The position numbers and the translations under genes are program-made. Below are positions 1 to 16,660 of a stretch of 64,000 nucleotides of DNA, one piece after another. Position 1 is the first letter of the stretch. Each line of letters opens with the position of its first letter. The stretch covers positions 2,790,001 to 2,854,000 of the forward strand of contig CM035356.1 of NCBI GenBank assembly GCA_020137815.1, written 5' to 3'. Below the pieces are notes generated by a model. It ran no database searches. It was not told the DNA's origin and worked only from the letters and a program-made list of their open reading frames with translations. The DNA comes from Hormiphora californensis (lineage: Eukaryota > Animalia > Ctenophora).

Positions 1-93
1 ATTTTTCGTGTCTGGATCCTGTCTGGCGGTACCGACGCTGTTTTGATTCTCAAAACATTGAGCCCAGATCGGCGCCGCCAAACAGCCCGGATG

Positions 94-155
94 CTGTCAG
101 AGCACTGGCCTGACCCTATTCTCATTTCGCGAGAACTGTGGTCAGAGCCTGACAG
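94..155 (+). mobile_element. CTGTCAG micro-element, long form (62 bp, right repeat partly deleted)
   Basis: CTGTCAGAGCACTGGCCTGACC...GCGAGAACTGTGGTCAGAGCCTGACAG; decayed 8-bp TSD CCCGGATG/CCCCGATT. Confidence 0.75.
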
Positions 156-317
156 CCCCGATTCAGCGTTATGGATGGATTATGATATATTCTTGCGGTA
201 TGGAAATTAGCTGTTTTGTTGTCAGATGGAAAACTAAGCTTTTTTTGGTTTTAAATAAAATATCTCAGTTTATTGTTTGTACACACGATCAATATATAGT
301 TCCCTATAATTAGCTAA

Positions 318-1726
318 TTAAAGCCTGTTCATGGCGTCCCCTCCTGGTTTCATGCCAGCTGATTTTAGTTGCTGGGTTTCCTGGACAATCGCCAGACACG
401 GACACAATAGATACGATAAAACGTCATCCGTGTCACTCCCCTGATGGATGAGATATATTGTTACTCAACATGGGAGAGAGGGATGGGTGTCAAGAACAGC
501 TGACAAAAGCATCAGATGTCTGTTTCACCGTGAATCACTAGTTGGTACTAGTTGGTTAATATGTACCTCTATTTCGAATGTGGTCCTGATTTTGTTGCGA
601 ATATAAGGTCCAAAGTAGCACATAGGTCCGGGTAGTATGCAGAACAGACAGTACAGCATCCAATCTTCCCCTAGCAACTCAGCATTTGCACCAAATGTGA
701 TACAGGGACAACATAACGATAAACCAACTGTAGGGGAGTAGACGGGTTAGTGGTATACGTCAGTGTCGTCAAGGACTGCCCCTTTATATCTGTCAGACCA
801 ATGCTCTGACAGCTTTATATTATAGTTTGGACAATGCATACTACTCTCCCTTCTAGAGTCGGATACAATTCACAAAACTAGATATTTCGACACAAAAAGT
901 GCAACAGAAGTTTCAAGAGTGAAAGTTTAAAGTTGCACACTTACGAAGTTTTGTGTCCATCCCAAAACATCCAAATAGGGAGTGAGACCAGGGATTTTTA
1001 GGTGGTTCTACAGGCTCCTCTACTGCTATTGGTTGTTCCGTGATAGGCGCTGGCGTTGTGATAGGGATCTCGCTGAATTCTGAGGGTAGAAAATGTAAAA
1101 ACAATGGCACTGAGAAATGAGAATAGCCTAGGTAGCAGGGTGAGGACATCGATTGGTATCAGTCAAAGGACTTCCAAATGGTGTCGGAACTATCTAAATC
1201 TAAAAAATGGTATTCAGTAGGGTGCACACATAATACCTGCTAATTGTTCTCCCTCTGCTCCTTCCACAGGCAGGACAGTTATAGCCTCTCCTCCCTCCCC
1301 CACCAGAACCTGTCCTCCCACAGCTCCATCCCCAGCTGCTACAACTCCTTCCGTAGTTTCTACTGATGGCACTACAGGAAAGGGTGGGTTTATTGACTTC
1401 CAATTGAGTACGATATAGAAATAGAATAGTCCAAATTGGGGCCGGGGAACAGTTCATAAAAGATTAGTCTTTCTCGCGTCGTGAATCATGTTGTCAGATC
1501 GTTAACGATATCCTGTCATATCTCAGCTCTCGATTCTACTATGATTATGAAACAGTTCTTGTCTGACAGCTTCATTCAGTCAATATCTCTGTCTCTGAAT
1601 GGCCGGTCTTCTGATTCTCGGTATGTCCCATCTCATATTGATTCTCTCTATTATACCGTTTGTCAGGGGTGTCGGGGTGGCGACTGGTTGTGTTGGGGTG
1701 GATGGTGGAGCGGGTGTTGAAGCCAT
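318..1726 (-). CDS. PLAC8/cornifelin-family Cys-rich protein, 5 exons (approx. 1726-1657, ~1370-1238, 1079-945, 727-567, 440-318)
   Basis: Spliced translation: MASTPAPP...PWSHSLFGCFGMDTKL|WFIVMLCPCITFGANAELLG...YIRNKIRTTFEIE|GSDTDDVLSYLLCPCLAIVQETQQL...RL*. The W-x3-LFGC, CPC-x2-FG and GS...D...CPC-x3-QE motifs are typical of PLAC8. GT-AG junctions are in phase for the last three exons. Confidence 0.85.
790..812 (-). mobile_element. CTGTCAG micro-element, 23-bp solo form (in PLAC8 intron)
   Basis: CTTTATAT-[CTGTCAGACCAATGCTCTGACAG]-CTTTATAT, perfect 8-bp TSD. Confidence 0.9.
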
Positions 1727-2710
1727 GTGTGTGTAATCCCTTTTAACGAGCAACTGTATAGAAAGAAGGCAAAACAAAGTAAATTTGAGATTGAGAGAGA
1801 GAGTCTGAGTTGGAGAAGAAGCAGCTGCTGGTGCAGTGCAATGCTTGACAAAGTCACATGCAGTGTGCGTGTGTGTCAGCGGATCAGCAGAGTTAACGAG
1901 AGAAGGGAGAGAGGGGAGAGGAGTGAGAGAAGGAAGAGGGGCGAGAGAGTTGATGAGATAGAGTTGTTGAGTAAGGGGAGAGAGGGAGAGAGTTGTTAAG
2001 GAAGAGAGAGAGGGGGGATGGACTGGTCTCTGTAGAAGTAGTGTCATTGTTAATACTAGCACAACTATGCGTAGTGTGCGGACACGCTGAAAGTGAACCG
2101 AGTGTGGCTTACCGCTGAGCGTTAAATTTACAAAGGGCCCATTGACACATTAATTGGATACTGTTAGTGCTTCAGGCTTCTTCGGTAGACCCTGGTAGAT
2201 CTATCGATCCGGGTCGCCACGCCGACTAGAGGAAGGAGAGGCACCCTAGATCCCCGCCTGGAGTGCCTCCCTTTCCTCTACTCCCTCCAGTCCGTAAGTT
2301 TGCCAACAACATATAATCATTGTGCTCACCAGCGCTGCCAGGGTGGCGTTAGAAATCAGATCACGTGGGGTCAAGCAAGGGACCGTATTGAGTGCTATAT
2401 TATCTTTGCTTGGCGGCATCCAATAATCGGATCGTCCCATGGAGGTGCAAAAAACTGTGATCACTTGTTTCCCTTGTCTGGCGGCGCCATGCCAGACCCC
2501 TAAGTTCTTGATAATGATTCTCAACAACAGTGCACTCAGGTGGGGTCGGCGGTGCCAGACAGTGTTTCCGTAATTTCTCTGGTTGTGTATTCCCCACTCT
2601 ACCAGCTACCTCCCCCTCGCCCGGCCCCATCTCACAATCCAGAAACTAATCACACAAGATACCCATCCATTAAATCCAAGGGCCATCAACCTGCAGTTTC
2701 GGTTTGATAT

Positions 2711-2774
2711 CTGTCAGAGCATTGGCCTGACCCATATTCTCGCGAGAACTGTGGTCAGAGCATTGGCCTGACAG
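2711..2774 (+). mobile_element. CTGTCAG micro-element, long form (64 bp)
   Basis: TTTGATAT-[CTGTCAGAGCATTGGCCTGACCCATATTCTCGCGAGAACTGTGGTCAGAGCATTGGCCTGACAG]-TTTGATAT, perfect 8-bp TSD and 19-bp terminal direct repeats. Confidence 0.92.
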
Positions 2775-3228
2775 TTTGATATGGACATCATGGTACCACT
2801 TGATGTAGTACAAATTAACGACAGCTCTTCTAAGAAGGGACCATAACTGGGAAAATAAAAGCGGGTAATGCACAGCTCTTCATCACAATATCTCACCAAC
2901 TGTAACACTGTAACTCAACTGTAACACATGAACACATGAACAGAATGTAGCTTTATTGACACATGACTACTATAACTTTCACCGGGCCCCTTTCACCTAT
3001 CTGAAGTGACTCAAGCTTGAAACCAAGCTCACTTGAAACAGTTAGTGGGCTCTATATTCACATATTTTACACGTCATGCACTTTACAAACAAAAAGCTCA
3101 ACTACAACTTGAACTAGAAAAAATGGGTAAACATGCTACTGAAAATAAGCTTATAGATCTCACTGAGTCATTTTACACAATCTCTCAAAAAGTATCATAT
3201 CGTTTTCTTTCTCATTCTCATTCTCGTG

Positions 3229-3350
3229 CTCTGTCTCTGTCTCTGTCTCTTTCTCTTTCTCTTTCTCTTTCTCTTTCTCTTTCTCTTTCTCTTTCTCTTT
3301 CTCTTTCTCTTTCTCTTTCTCTTTCTCTTTCTCTTTCTCTTTCTCTTTCT
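3229..3350 (+). repeat. (TCTCTT)n/(TCTCTG)n hexanucleotide microsatellite
   Basis: Directly visible. Confidence 0.95.
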
Positions 3351-3622
3351 GTCAACCCCAAACTAACATAACTAGAACTCATACTGCCTAGAGTCTAGAA
3401 ATATTTTCTCTTCCATTAACAAACTAACCAAACCACAGTTTATAAACACACATCTATATATTCAGTCTCTTCCAGTATATAATATTGGGGGCCAGTATTG
3501 GATCAGTATCGATATCTGAATCTGTCTCTGTGATCTATCAGCTCTTTGGGCACGTCGCGCTATCCCCTGTACGTGGCTTCACTGCCAAATCAGCTCTAAA
3601 CATTGTCTTCTCTGCAGCACGT

Positions 3623-8091
<4,469 letters not shown>

Positions 8092-8992
8092 CTATAACAC
8101 AAATAAGGCCGATATGAGAGAAAACTAAAAAACCCCTGCTGACTTTAACCTTTAAAATACACACAGCTCGAAACGAATTTACAAGTCAGCACTATATCTT
8201 TTTCGCTACCGTCGTAATACTGTAGAACAGTTTAGGAGAACAAGTCTCAACAAAAATCAGTTTGGCGCGTTGGCTTCCTCGAGAAATCGCTGACAGGTTC
8301 AAATATTACAAATATGACACTTGGGTTGGATACGAAAACACGCTAGTGGTACCACTATAAATCCCCAGGCATTCCCACTACCCTTCTGGCTGATTCATCT
8401 GTACCCCCCACCTCACCCGGTGATTGGGGTTTTGAATGTTGGTCGAATGATGGCCTAAACATTACTCTCCTCATACCACAGATGCTTTCCCAAACAAAAC
8501 CGGGATGCCCGGTTACAACAAAATTGAGGTGAAGGTAGTTATGTGATATCTCCGGGAAACATTTTTGTACGAAAAAAAGAAACTTCAAGTTATTTGGTTA
8601 CGAAATTTAACAATACATAGCTAATCGAAACAGATTCAAATCATTGAAACAAATCAAATAATGCTCTATTTAATCTGTTTTCAATTTAAATAAAATCAGG
8701 CGGGCGGTAGGTGTCACGACACCCACATATCAGTCCGCGTTTTTTCATTCCCTCAGCTTCTCTGATTTTTGTTAAAGAAATATTTCTGCCAGCTTGTAAT
8801 TTTGTATGTACTGGCCTCTGAGATTCAAACTTAATAACCACCCTTCGTCCCAAAATCACACCCTCTTTGCCTCAATAATTATTCTTATTCCGTCAAGTCT
8901 CATTTATTTCCCTTCTACATCACTATGATTTCTCGTTATAGACCAGTGATTAAGTATTCCTATCTGTCATTCTCCCCTTCGCCTCCCATCAC

Positions 8993-11921
8993 TCAAACAT
9001 TCCAATCATCTGGGATACGAGTCACATCCAGAACAATTTCCAAGTCATCTTGGGATAAACCCGATTCGTTTTTTGTAACAGTATGTCTCTCACTCTCTCA
9101 TGGCAGCATGCGGGGGAGAGGCGGGTTTTCCTGGAGGGGAATTAAGCAATTGAAGGAGTGGAAACATAGTCCACCCTGTTGGTACTAAGACCAGCCTTGG
9201 CTAGAGGGAGAGAGAAAGAAGAGAGGGAGGTATTCTAATTGAGATAGTAGATGAACGACTAGAGGATGTAATAGATTGAATAAGACACTATCTTCTCTCA
9301 GAGAACAAAGGATAGAGAGAGAGAAGAGAAGCCCTCACCTTCTAGACAGAGAGAGAGAAGATAGTAAAAATAGCAGCCCGAGGACAACATGATGGATTCA
9401 GATTTATTGCACCTCCCCCACACCACCAACCAACTGACACGACAGACTTCCTGGAGTTTACGGACTACTATTATCTGCATGACTGATATCTACCCACTAC
9501 GAAAACAAGCTCATACCACCTGAATATATAAATTTGAATATTATTTTATTTCATTCCTCATATTTTTATTTTTGTTTCAGTCAAAAAAACCCCTCGATTT
9601 AACGGATTTACAAGGGAGGATTTTTCCTCCACGGTAACATAATCGGTCGATTTCCTCAATCGTCGGTGGAATTTACTCTGTCCATAACTCGAGGTTTACT
9701 GTGTAACTCTAATTTTAATTCCCTAACCGTTTATATGGTATCTCACTTTCCCGTTAGCGCGAGCAGAGCAAAAACGAACATCTGATATCCTTCTCCTTCA
9801 GAACTTTACGGAGACTCTGTTTGTTACCAGATGGGTCACGGGTCCACACTGGGATGACGTGTGCACATCGACACCGTTGAGTTTCCCTTCGGAGCCGGGC
9901 GTTGGGTCCACGGAGCACGGGGCACACACACTTGTCATCTGGTCGCACGCACATTGCATGTTACGAACACAAACTTAGTGGGGGAACAACGTATGGAACA
10001 ATTTAGGTTGAGGGGAGGCAGATATTGATCCCATATGGTCTTCTTAAATGTCAGAAAGAATTTGGCGTTAGACCGCGAAAATAACTATGTATGGTGCTTT
10101 GTTTGCAGGAGGATTGTACCTGTAGGACTCATTGACGAAGGTAAAATAAACGGATACTATCAATGCGCAATAATAAATCCAACAGGGATGAAAATATAAT
10201 TCCCCTATCCACATCCCAGGCAAGGTTTCGTCACACAAACACATCACAAAAACATGTTAAACACATGTACCAAATGTCCAAAAACACATAACAGATACAA
10301 CATGCTACCACCATGCTGTGCATAACCCACTTCTATACCCTAGTTATACCTTCACCCGCTGCTATTTCGTCATCACTCCCCGCTAGGACCCTGGTGTTCA
10401 TTCAGCACCATCGCTACCATGAACTTACGACACCAGTCTTCTGCTTCTCTCCCTTACCCCCTGTCCTAATGGGCGGGGCTGATACAGGCCGGGGACTGCC
10501 ACCCTGGGGTGTGGGGGCAGGGGCTGTCGTGGGAGCTCTATCTACCATCGTTCTAGTTTCACCTGGGGGGAGGGAGAACATGTTAGTTGTAACCTAGTGG
10601 GGGGAGGGAGAACATGTTATTGGCTGGTAATTGTGAAGTGGGGGAGGGAGAACATGTTATTGGCTGGTAATTGTGACGTGGTAAGTTATTAAATTAAGGT
10701 GACTACAATTTTGGAGTCAGTGAATTGCATGATCTTCAGACTTCAGAGGGCTCTTTCAAGGCCAGGATCACTTTGAGCACCAACCTGAAGGTGATTTGCT
10801 GGTTACCACCACTCGTCTGATCGGTTTAGCGGATGAAGCCCTGCGTGACTGTTTAAAGTTTCCTCTCGACTTGTTCAGGTAGGACGGAAACACGCTGTAA
10901 AAACATAAGGAAAGAAATTTAGCAGAGAGTTCAAAAGACACAAACTATTTGAATTACATAAAATAGGGGTCGGTATCATGATCAGCAGTATGCCTATAAA
11001 GAACAATATAAAGAACAGTGAGGCTGCAAAGGAAGGAATGCAGTATAGAGGTAGTATAATAGAGGTCTCCTGGATCTATGAGAGGGTTCCGTGTGCTTGA
11101 TCGGCGAGGGCACTTTGAAAGGATCACCGATTAGATCTATTGGTCACGTGATCAGGACGGGGACAGTTCAAATTATTCACAAAGAAAGTCTTAAGTGCAT
11201 GTTCGACCAATCAGATCTTAATATTATCTCCTTATCCCCTCATTCCAACCAAGTCTTCCCCTCTACTCAACTACCACTTCCACTAATTGTTATATGTTCT
11301 AACAGGGTCGAACTAAACCAAACCACTTACCACTACTACAACACTAACGTCTAACAACTACAGGATCAGGACTTCACGTTCTGCAGCACTCACGGTAACT
11401 ACCCCTAACTAAGGCATCGCTGTAGCTACCGCGATCTGCCTTACTACCGGTAGTAAAGCACGTTTTAGCGTACCCGCAAGTTAGGGGTAATTTCGTTAGC
11501 ACGCAGCACTCACGGTGTGTGGTTGTCAAGTTGGCGGTCCAAGACAGCACTCCGCTCCATGAAGTGAGTGGTACTCTGGGTCTGGGTGTGCCGGGATCTC
11601 TCCACCCTGAGAATATGCTCCACCATGTGACTCCAATCCTCTCCCTCCGACTAAAATAATACATTGTTGTATTGGATGAAATACAGAATAGTGAATTGGA
11701 AGCGTCAAAAATTTCGTTGTGAATAGTGAATGAGGTGATGATTGATATATATTTGATCGAGGATCATGATTCAACCGGAAGGAAGTGACAGCCTGTTAAT
11801 TTACCGTCATCGACTCTGTGAACGCGGTCAGATTTTCCTCAAGACTTTTCCCGTTGACACCTGAAAGGTGGTGGTAGCTGGATAATGTGAGTAGTGCTCC
11901 CTTCTCTCCTGCTCTATTCTC

Positions 11922-11956
<35 letters not shown>

Positions 11957-12454
11957 GGTAAGGGGATACCACAGCATTGAATAGCGAGTTGCTATAGCAA
12001 CAAGATCGGGGAATTTAGTTTGGGGATTACGGCATATAGCACATAGCAGAGAGACTTGGTAAAAGAACAATGGGGTTTGGTGGTGATTCGTGACTGCTGG
12101 TCACTAGCACGTCACGAATCACACTGTTTTTTTTTCTACGAAAAACTTCCTGAGTACCAACGAAAAACCACCTTATAAACTAAAAATATCACGTCATATT
12201 GCATATAAAAAGTTCAAAGATCTCTCACCGATAATGGCAGCTACATCAGACATGGCCGCCCTATCACCCATCCATGCCCTCTTGACAAGGAACGCCAGGA
12301 ACTCCATCTGCTCTCTCATCTTAAGTACCTCCTGCTGGCTCCGGAGTAACGCATCCCGGAGAGTCTCTACCTCCGTGAAGTGTGCCGGCCGTGGCTGACT
12401 GGAGTCTGTATAGAGCTGGGAACGAGGGCCTCGAACTAACGGCATCCTAAACAT
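8993..12454 (-). CDS. Uncharacterised multi-exon protein (copy A), N-terminal coiled coil plus FLAFLVKRAWMGD motif
   Basis: MFRMPLV...LRSQQEVLKMREQMEFLAFLVKRAWMGDRAAMSDVAAIIG|VNGKSLEENLTAFTESMT|SEGEDWSHMVEHILRVER...; ends ...DDLEIVLDVTRIPDDWNV*. Exon-1 differences from copy B are synonymous, which supports coding. Internal exons are approximate. Confidence 0.7.
11397..11502. mobile_element. Small insertion with sub-terminal TACCCCT/AGGGGTA inverted repeats; 14-bp flanking direct repeat contains the splice donor
   Basis: GCAGCACTCACGGT at 11383-11396 and 11503-11516; absent from copy B. Confidence 0.7.
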
Positions 12455-12655
12455 AGTTGGGAGATTAATCCTTAATAACAAAATCAGAAAAAATATATTC
12501 CGATCTGAAAGTTTAGAAAGCAAAATATTTGACATATGTACACAGTTTTTATCTCAAGTCGCAGAAGGCATACATTAAGATATTCAAAAGTAAAAATTTA
12601 AAAAATGTTAACAACGGCCCACTTTTAACCATGCATTTTTAATTTTTTTAAGGAT

Positions 12656-13244
12656 TTATAGTAAATTACATTTTTTACACTTTTTCTTTTTGTCTTTTTT
12701 GGTTGCTCGGTATTGACTGCTTAATTTAATTGCCTCTTCGAAAACCTCGGTAACTCCAATGTCATCTTTAGACGAACACTCCATATAGCAAGCTGCTCCA
12801 ATCTTTTTTGCCATCTGACAACCCTCTTTAAAACTCACACTATTCCCATCCCTCAAGTCCACCTTTGAGCCCACCAAAATCATAGGAACACCCGGGTCAT
12901 AATGTTTCAGTTTAGGCCACCAATGCGATTCAATTTCTTCCAATCGGTCTCTTTGGTTCACAGCATTTAGCAACATATACACATCAGTTTGGGGGTAATA
13001 CAGAGGCCCTCTCCATTCGTCCTCTGCACAGCTTGTATCCCAGCCCAGCACGTTGTACATTTTACCCTCACACTCTACAACTTGAGAATCATGATCTACC
13101 ACAGTTGGAACATATATCTCGGGAAATGCCTTTCTGAAGAATCGAATCAGCATGCAGGATTTACCCATGGTAGCGAAACCGATTACAACAAATCTTAGGG
13201 ATGGACACTCTGGATTAGCCACCGATAAACGTATCGTCTTCCAT
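12656..13244 (-). CDS. Intronless atypical Rho-family GTPase (copy A; two 1-nt deletions just after the ATG relative to copy B)
   Basis: G1 GFATMGKS, effector YVPTV, G3 WDTSCAED, G4 SKVD, G5 CSS, polybasic tail plus CAAX CNLL. The ATG at 13244 is out of frame, a likely homopolymer error. Confidence 0.85.
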
Positions 13245-13470
13245 TGTTTACTAATGTAATTATGCTTTTAATATACCACTCACAAAAATTTTGTCCCTTG
13301 TTCTGGGCAAGTAGCTCATTCTCAATCCACTAAATAATATTTTTGTAAAATGATTCGTACCGATGCTGTACCAGCGTCAAATTGAATGTATCCAGTGCAG
13401 GGACAAGTTTTTTCACTGCGGACAGGAATAATTCGGAAAAATTTGGGAAATTCCGTCAAAAATGAGCGGA

Positions 13471-13611
13471 TTGGCCTATGCTACAGGCCCTAAAGAAGCC
13501 GTGGAAAACGCGCGCACTTGGGGTCTGCAGCGCATGCCAAATGATTGGCAAACGTTGCTGGCTGTTCTGCGCCACGCGCAGCGCGGGATAAGGCAGCGCT
13601 TTTCAAGCCAA
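13471..13611. mobile_element. Two tandem short TTGG...CCAA insertions in the Rho-Mael intergenic region of copy A
   Basis: Flanked by repeated ATGAGCGG; absent from copy B (49550); ends resemble the 49740-50316 element. Confidence 0.55.
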
Positions 13612-14951
13612 ATGAGCGGGAAACTGGTTAAGGTTATGAGGTTGAATTTTAATCTTTTTACAACGCGCGGCTTAGAAGTGCTGAAATTTGCAGCGTTTTC
13701 GATATTTTTACTCGCGTGTTCCATTTTGTTTGAAATTTGGCGTCGCAGTTGAACGAACTAATTAATTCTGGGCTGAGCTTGAGATGTGAAAAGGGGGGTG
13801 ACCACACTTCAAAAAATCCGGACGTTCCGAGCGTTTGGTTGTGTCGCTTTCCGTTGTTTAACTGTTTCTTTGTCTAAGATGGGAAAGAAGCAAGCTGGTT
13901 ATGTGATCTTTGCTAAAGTAAATCGGAAGAAATATGAAGTTAACGGGCGACTGTCAGTACCTGAACTAGTAGCACGGGCATCTCATGATTGGAAAAAGTT
14001 ACCACCAGCTGAGAAGGAAAAGTTTAAACTGATGGCTAAAGATATCAGATCAGATCCATCCGAACCCTCCTCATCGTTTAAAAATGAAACATCAAATCAT
14101 AGATTAGACACAGAGGGACCAACACTTTCCTGCATAGAAATGTAAGTCAAGTATATGAAATATGAATTGATACCCTAGTATTTGCAATGAAGTCAAGTAT
14201 AGTTAATGAAATATTTAGTTGTTATTACTTATGCTTTTCTCTTTGTAGTGAGAACAGAACGAATAATGCAAAAGGAGAGCTGAAGAGGAAGACAAACGAA
14301 CTTGATCTAACGACAGCAAATCTTTACTTATTGGACGTCCAAACTTATGTGTCAACCGGAAGGACGGTACGTTTGTGCCAGCTGAAGTAGCTATTATGCC
14401 AATGACACCAACAGATGGAGCCCGTGCCTGTCCTGCCGCTGAAAGCTTTATAATCAGTGCTGATAAGAGGTAAGTTTTGGTATAATATCACTCCCAGATC
14501 ATTATTTTCTGATATTTGTAATTACTATTTGTAACTAACTGTCTGTTACCTTCAGCGATTACCCAAATCTGGCTAGAGAAGCATTGGTAGAAGCACCTGA
14601 ACGTCACGGTATCGATCTAACTGATTTAGGCTCCTACCCCATCACACGAGGAGATCTGAAAGAAAAGGTAAGGTGTGCCATGTATCATGATGTGTGGGTG
14701 TGTCAGTGTCCATTACATAAAATGGTATTAGAATAAGGATTGTACTTTGTTCCTAACTAAAATGTTCTTGCAGCTGATTGAATTGATAAGAAGAAATGCG
14801 GTGTTCCTTTGTCAAGGAGAACGATTTGGAGAAACTGTGGGGGTTTTATTTTATCTGAAAATGAAAAATCTGAGGGTAACAACGATCGAAGACTATGTGA
14901 TGCAGGTGAGAAGGGAGAGAATTATGTAATCAGTTATGTAGCAACACATTA

Positions 14952-15051
14952 NNNNNNNNNNNNNNNNNNNNNNNNNNNNNNNNNNNNNNNNNNNNNNNNN
15001 NNNNNNNNNNNNNNNNNNNNNNNNNNNNNNNNNNNNNNNNNNNNNNNNNNN
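14952..15051. other. Assembly gap (100 N)
   Basis: N run. Downstream, 15052-15243 duplicates 7884-8075 and 16944-17500 duplicates 14394-14951. Confidence 1.
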
Positions 15052-15772
15052 AACCAATTGCGATAAGTTCTCCTCCTGGGTGAAATGCAGCACATCGGAT
15101 AGGTTGTACGTCTTCTAGGACGGCGGTAGGGGCGAATCGGACCCGCAGCATTGAGCTATCCGCCACCTGGGGAAAGGGGGATGTTAGATACACTGAGAAA
15201 GAAAAATAGACTCGAAAGGCCGAAAACGATCTAACTTTTTCGTAGGCCTATTAAAAAGTAAAAGTCATGACATTTCGACACTTATAATAGAGATTAGAGA
15301 TCTACTGACTACTGTAGTCAGTAGAGACAGAATATGAGAGGATATAAGGTTAGGACATAGGGTGGCATGGGTGGCTAAAATTACAAGATGTACCCCCACA
15401 AAAAACATATATGGAAACCTAGGAAACAGATGCAACAACAAGAGAGTAATTTAGATGGTCCCAAGATGGGCAAATCACTGAGACTCCTATCCCCAAACAA
15501 CCTGCACAACATTACTTTGATAGGCTGCTGCTGTGGTTCTGATTGAGATGGGTATCCGTACATAACAAAGGAGGAGCCGAATTTACCAGACACCATCTTG
15601 TTCATGATGATAGAGACAAACAGAGAGGTGCAGCTAGCGGCGCGACATTGAATGAGAAAATAAGAGTCAGAAATATAGAGACTAGAGGGAGAGAGCTACT
15701 ACTGTAGAAGAGTTTAGACATGCATTGATTTTGAGCTGGTTTAAAAAGCTGCAGCAATTGCAATCTTACACG

Positions 15773-15831
<59 letters not shown>

Positions 15832-15998
15832 CCCCTCCCCTCTCTCTCCTCCTCTCCTCTCTCTCTCTCTCCACCTCTCTCTCCTCTCCTCTCTCCTCTC
15901 TCTCTCTCTCTCCTCTCGTCCCCCCTCCTCTCCCTCCTCTTCTCTCTCTCCTCTCGATCTCTCTCTCTCTCTCTCTCCTCCATCTCTCTCTCCTCTCT

Positions 15999-16037
<39 letters not shown>

Positions 16038-16660
16038 CTCTCCTCTTTTTCACACAACTACCTGTTGTGCGGAACTAGATCGAAGTTTATTTGGGGTCGA
16101 TGTTTTGGATGGTCGTAGACTGTCCTCACTAAAACTCTCTAAAGTATGATTTGAGACGGGTTCCAGCCATCCGTTAGCCTGGGGCACCATGGTGGGAGCA
16201 GTGGGGGCGTCCGTTTTTTTTTTTTTTGGGTCACTTAGCCACACGCTGAGCAAACCTCATACCACCCGGGTATGGGTAACTATGGCGCTAAGCTCCCCCT
16301 TTCTCGATTTTGATGAAATGGGGGGAACCTATGGCTCAGCTCATAAAGTCTGTCGAGTTGGGATTGTTCTGGAACAAGGTAACGTTTGCCTTTGAGAGAG
16401 TCTGAGTTTTGTTTAGCTGGAACAAGGTAACATTTTGCCTTGAGAGTGTCTTGAGCATAATTTGTTCTGGATCAAGGTAACCTTTTGCCTTTGAGAAGTG
16501 TCTTGAGCCTAGTTTTGTTCGGAACAGGTAACGTTTTGCCTTTGAGGGTGTCTTGAGTTTAGTTGGTCTGGGAAAAGGTAACATTTTGCCTCTGCGTAAC
16601 TTGGAGTTGGTCTGGATCGAGGTAACGTTTGTGCCTTTGCGAGTGGGTCTGTTGGTGGCG
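15052..16660 (-). other. WDR47: Second copy of the WDR47 WD1 exon plus candidate upstream low-complexity exons (possibly an alternative haplotype or misplaced contig)
   Basis: Exon apparently identical to 7884-7998, with different intron sequence beyond 15243; candidate exon ...NGWLEPVSNHTLESFSEDSLRPSKTSTPNKLRSSSAQQ with a GT donor at ~16060; noisy ~45-bp repeats at 16350-16640. Confidence 0.5.

Noticed and set aside
2180-2630. Possible decayed non-LTR retrotransposon C-terminus (RETSDHSFLH resembles a zinc-knuckle ET-x-DH-x-F motif)
   Set aside because: A single weak motif, frames broken, no termini; cannot be supported.
13222-14352. Frameshifts in Rho copy A and Mael-1 (also RasGAP ~33535 and the Mael-3 tail) as programmed frameshifting or firm pseudogene evidence
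   Set aside because: All are 1-2 nt indels in short repeats within an error-prone assembly; raw reads are needed.
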